A DNA stretch of 64,000 nt from Phallusia mammillata (lineage: Eukaryota): assembly GCA_965637545.1 (NCBI GenBank), contig OZ281494.1:16492001-16556000 (forward strand), given 5' to 3'. How positions within the stretch are numbered: the stretch's first letter is position 1; each line of letters begins with the position of its first letter. Both the position numbers and the translations under genes were made by a program. The notes under the pieces were generated by a model. The model was given only the letters and a program-made list of their open reading frames with translations. It did not search any database and was not told the origin of the DNA. Of the stretch, positions 61,341 through 64,000 are shown in pieces.

Positions 61341-64000
61341 TACAAAGAACTCAATGAAAACGAATGGTAGCATGAAATAACATTTAAATATTACTGTCAA
61401 GGATCCCTGTGGATATGATAAAAAATATATTGTTTAACTTTCACGAATATATTAGCAGGTTAGTTGCCCATATTTGATGAGTTCATGCTAGTAAACTTCA
61501 TTAAAGCATTACAAACGCTCAAAACGACTTTATGACTGGGGAACGTCAAAGTCCACATCACTAATCAACGCAAAGTAGACATTAGCCTAGACTTGAAGGG
61601 CGTTGTTCGTTGGAGAAACGACTTAGTTTGGTACGTTTACTACGTCATACGACATACGACACTGTTATCCGTGATTTTATATGTGCGTCGGCATTGAAAT
61701 GTTAACTGACGCAAAGCAAACAGTTTCGTTCGTCGTGAACGACCACGTACATACGCTATATATAGACTATTTTTAAAGTCGAAAGCAGTCAAGTTAACCT
61801 GTGACCGCAAACATGGAAGCTATGGGCGTTGTCGAGACAAACTGCCGGGCCCATGATATTTAACAGAAAAAGCGGGTGTATTCGTGGGTGTGTGCATTTG
61901 CGAAAAGCTGGGATAATAGCTTGAGATTGGTACATCATTTCGACAGATGGCTTAGCACGTTTGATGTGGCTTAGGCAGGGGTGACACGCATTTTCGCACA
62001 AAAGCAACCGCAGGGCGACTGCACAGGCGACAGAGGCGACGCTTAATGCACTTGGGCAGCAACCGCAAGCCATTGAGAGGCAAAAAATGTCGTCGCGTCG
62101 GCCGCGTGCCGGATCGAACTAGACGCGATCAAAAGTGTTTTGTTTGTCGTTCTTCGGCATGATGTAGGGAGTGGGAGTTTAACACGTGTCATGACGGGGC
62201 TGTTTGTTGAACTCTATGCGCTTCCCTAGTGCGCGTTCACCCCGAAAATCTATGTGCTCCCGTCGGGCTTTTTGAAAATCGGTAAAGCGCACATTAAAGA
62301 CATTTTTAACGCGCGACTCACAGTTTTATGTTGAGGAACTTCACTTTCAACAAAAAAGTCTAGGGTTGTAAAGGATGCAAGATAATGTCTAATTTGGGGC
62401 TTAATTCCATTTCTTATTTTCATATGGTTCATACACTGAGAACATAACAAGAAATAAATAATCCAGGTTTTAATAGAAAAAAAACTTTTATACGCAAAAG
62501 AAAGTTTTTTAATTACATTTAAAAAATTTGTAGTTTAAACTTGAGCATTGGGCGTTATATCGTTTTACAAAAATACTTGTCGTATTTTTCCGACATAGTT
62601 AAACATTGCACAAAAATAGGGTCACGCTCTGAAAGTACGTCTGTCATCAAATACGCTAAAAATGAACACGGAAGGTTGAACATTTAACGCCTTTCGCTGT
62701 CACAAAACCAATGACCTTGTCCGTCGCTCCACCAAGTGCTGTAGTGTCACATAAGAGCGTGAAACAGGTGCTTTTTGCGTTTTTGCCTAAAAACCAGGTG
62801 TTTCTTGTCGCTATAAGTTTGATATCAAGCAGTACGGGATGAAGAGCGTTGAGAGATGTGAACCAAAAGATCTCGACAAGCCGTCAGTCTTACTCAATCA
62901 CCCAAAACACCTCACTTATCGCGTCTCCCGCGCCCATGCCTTGTTGAAACTATTTCCTGATGCTTGACGGCGGACGGTATCGATTTCGCTGCCATTCTGG
63001 GACGTGCGCTAGCGGTTTGTGATGTAAGTAAGCGTCGAACGTTCTAAGCTATCGCAAGTCATCCCGGTTGCAAAAGGCCGTGTCGAAAAATGCTAAATGG
63101 ATGTTGTCCGTTAGTAAGTAAGTTTTTTTGCGTGAATGTTCACTAAAAATACACAAAGATTTGTTTCCCAAAAAGTCTATTTACGTTTGTCGCTGTAAAT
63201 AAAAACATGTCAGTGAAATTTTTCTCCGAAAACTAAACACTAAATAACTAGTTTAGGCGGGAGATTTTTCATTACCCCGAAAAGCGGAAACATTTTTTTT
63301 GAAAAATAACATTGCAAAACAGTGGCAGGTTATATTATAAGCAGAGACGCCATGGCAAAATGTCGAAACGTCAAAAAACATGGGGCAGCTACGTCAAAAG
63401 TATCATGTGAATGCAGTAGCTTTGTCAAGGGTTTCCCCGTGAAACCAGTCGAAACAATTGACACATTGGCACTTGACAATGGTTTGCAGCAGCCTCATGC
63501 CAATGTGTACAGGATACGTATATCTGAAGTGGCAGAAACTCACAGCCAAGCGTCCATGGGCCAGTGGGGCTCTTAAGCCTGTAGTTTTGTGCGCAACTTG
63601 ATTGGATAATCATTTGTTCGTGGCGTGAAGAGTCGCGACCTGGTGTTGTCAGTCGGATTCCCACGACACTTGACAGGCAAATTCATTAAACACGTCAATC
63701 TCGATGATTGACAGCTCCCTGCTTTACGTCATACACCGGTATTCGAATGCGATCCATTGTCCTATTTGTCGTAATCGTTCAGCTGATCGACAACAGCGAA
63801 GTGGGCGCCACTGAGAAAAACTCGTATGGACTGCTTACACGCTGCTTATTGTAGAAGTTAATTACAGGATAATGAAGCCGCTCTTGAGACATAACAACAC
63901 AAAGTACCATGATTGCGACAAGTGGCGTATGTAAAAACGTTGATATACCAAAACTTCTTGTTAAATTCAACGCTGTTCATGTGAGATTAAAAGATCGACC

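Noticed and set aside
61789-62073. ORF MACGCCPSALSVASVACAVALRLLL as the SCUBE signal-peptide exon
   Set aside because: Its donor is phase 2 while the next EGF exon needs phase 1; left unresolved.

Overview
AT-rich animal genomic DNA with spliceosomal GT-AG introns, several only about 55-90 nt long. Gene content and patchy CpG depletion suggest an invertebrate chordate, probably an ascidian (inference). I could assemble eight protein-coding genes by hand: CCDC60-like (+, 5' end missing), a double-PHD + SAM protein (-), a PMP22/claudin-family tetraspan (-), SIRT4 with an intronless CDS (+), LARP6 (+), INTS2 (-, 3-kb first coding exon), ELL (+) and SCUBE (-, 5' end unresolved). The 9.2-18.2 kb intergenic stretch is a dense nest of non-autonomous DNA transposons. 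It holds many hAT MITEs with 8-bp TSDs, stacked up to three deep, and a TTAA-flanked Kolobok-type element with THAP and transposase remnants. The leading candidates for follow-up are a possible SIRT4-LARP6 operon or shared first exon, the DPF-SAM fusion protein, the nested transposon stack, and CpG-domain boundaries that fall inside genes. All family assignments come from motif recognition, not database searches, and exon boundaries were read by hand.
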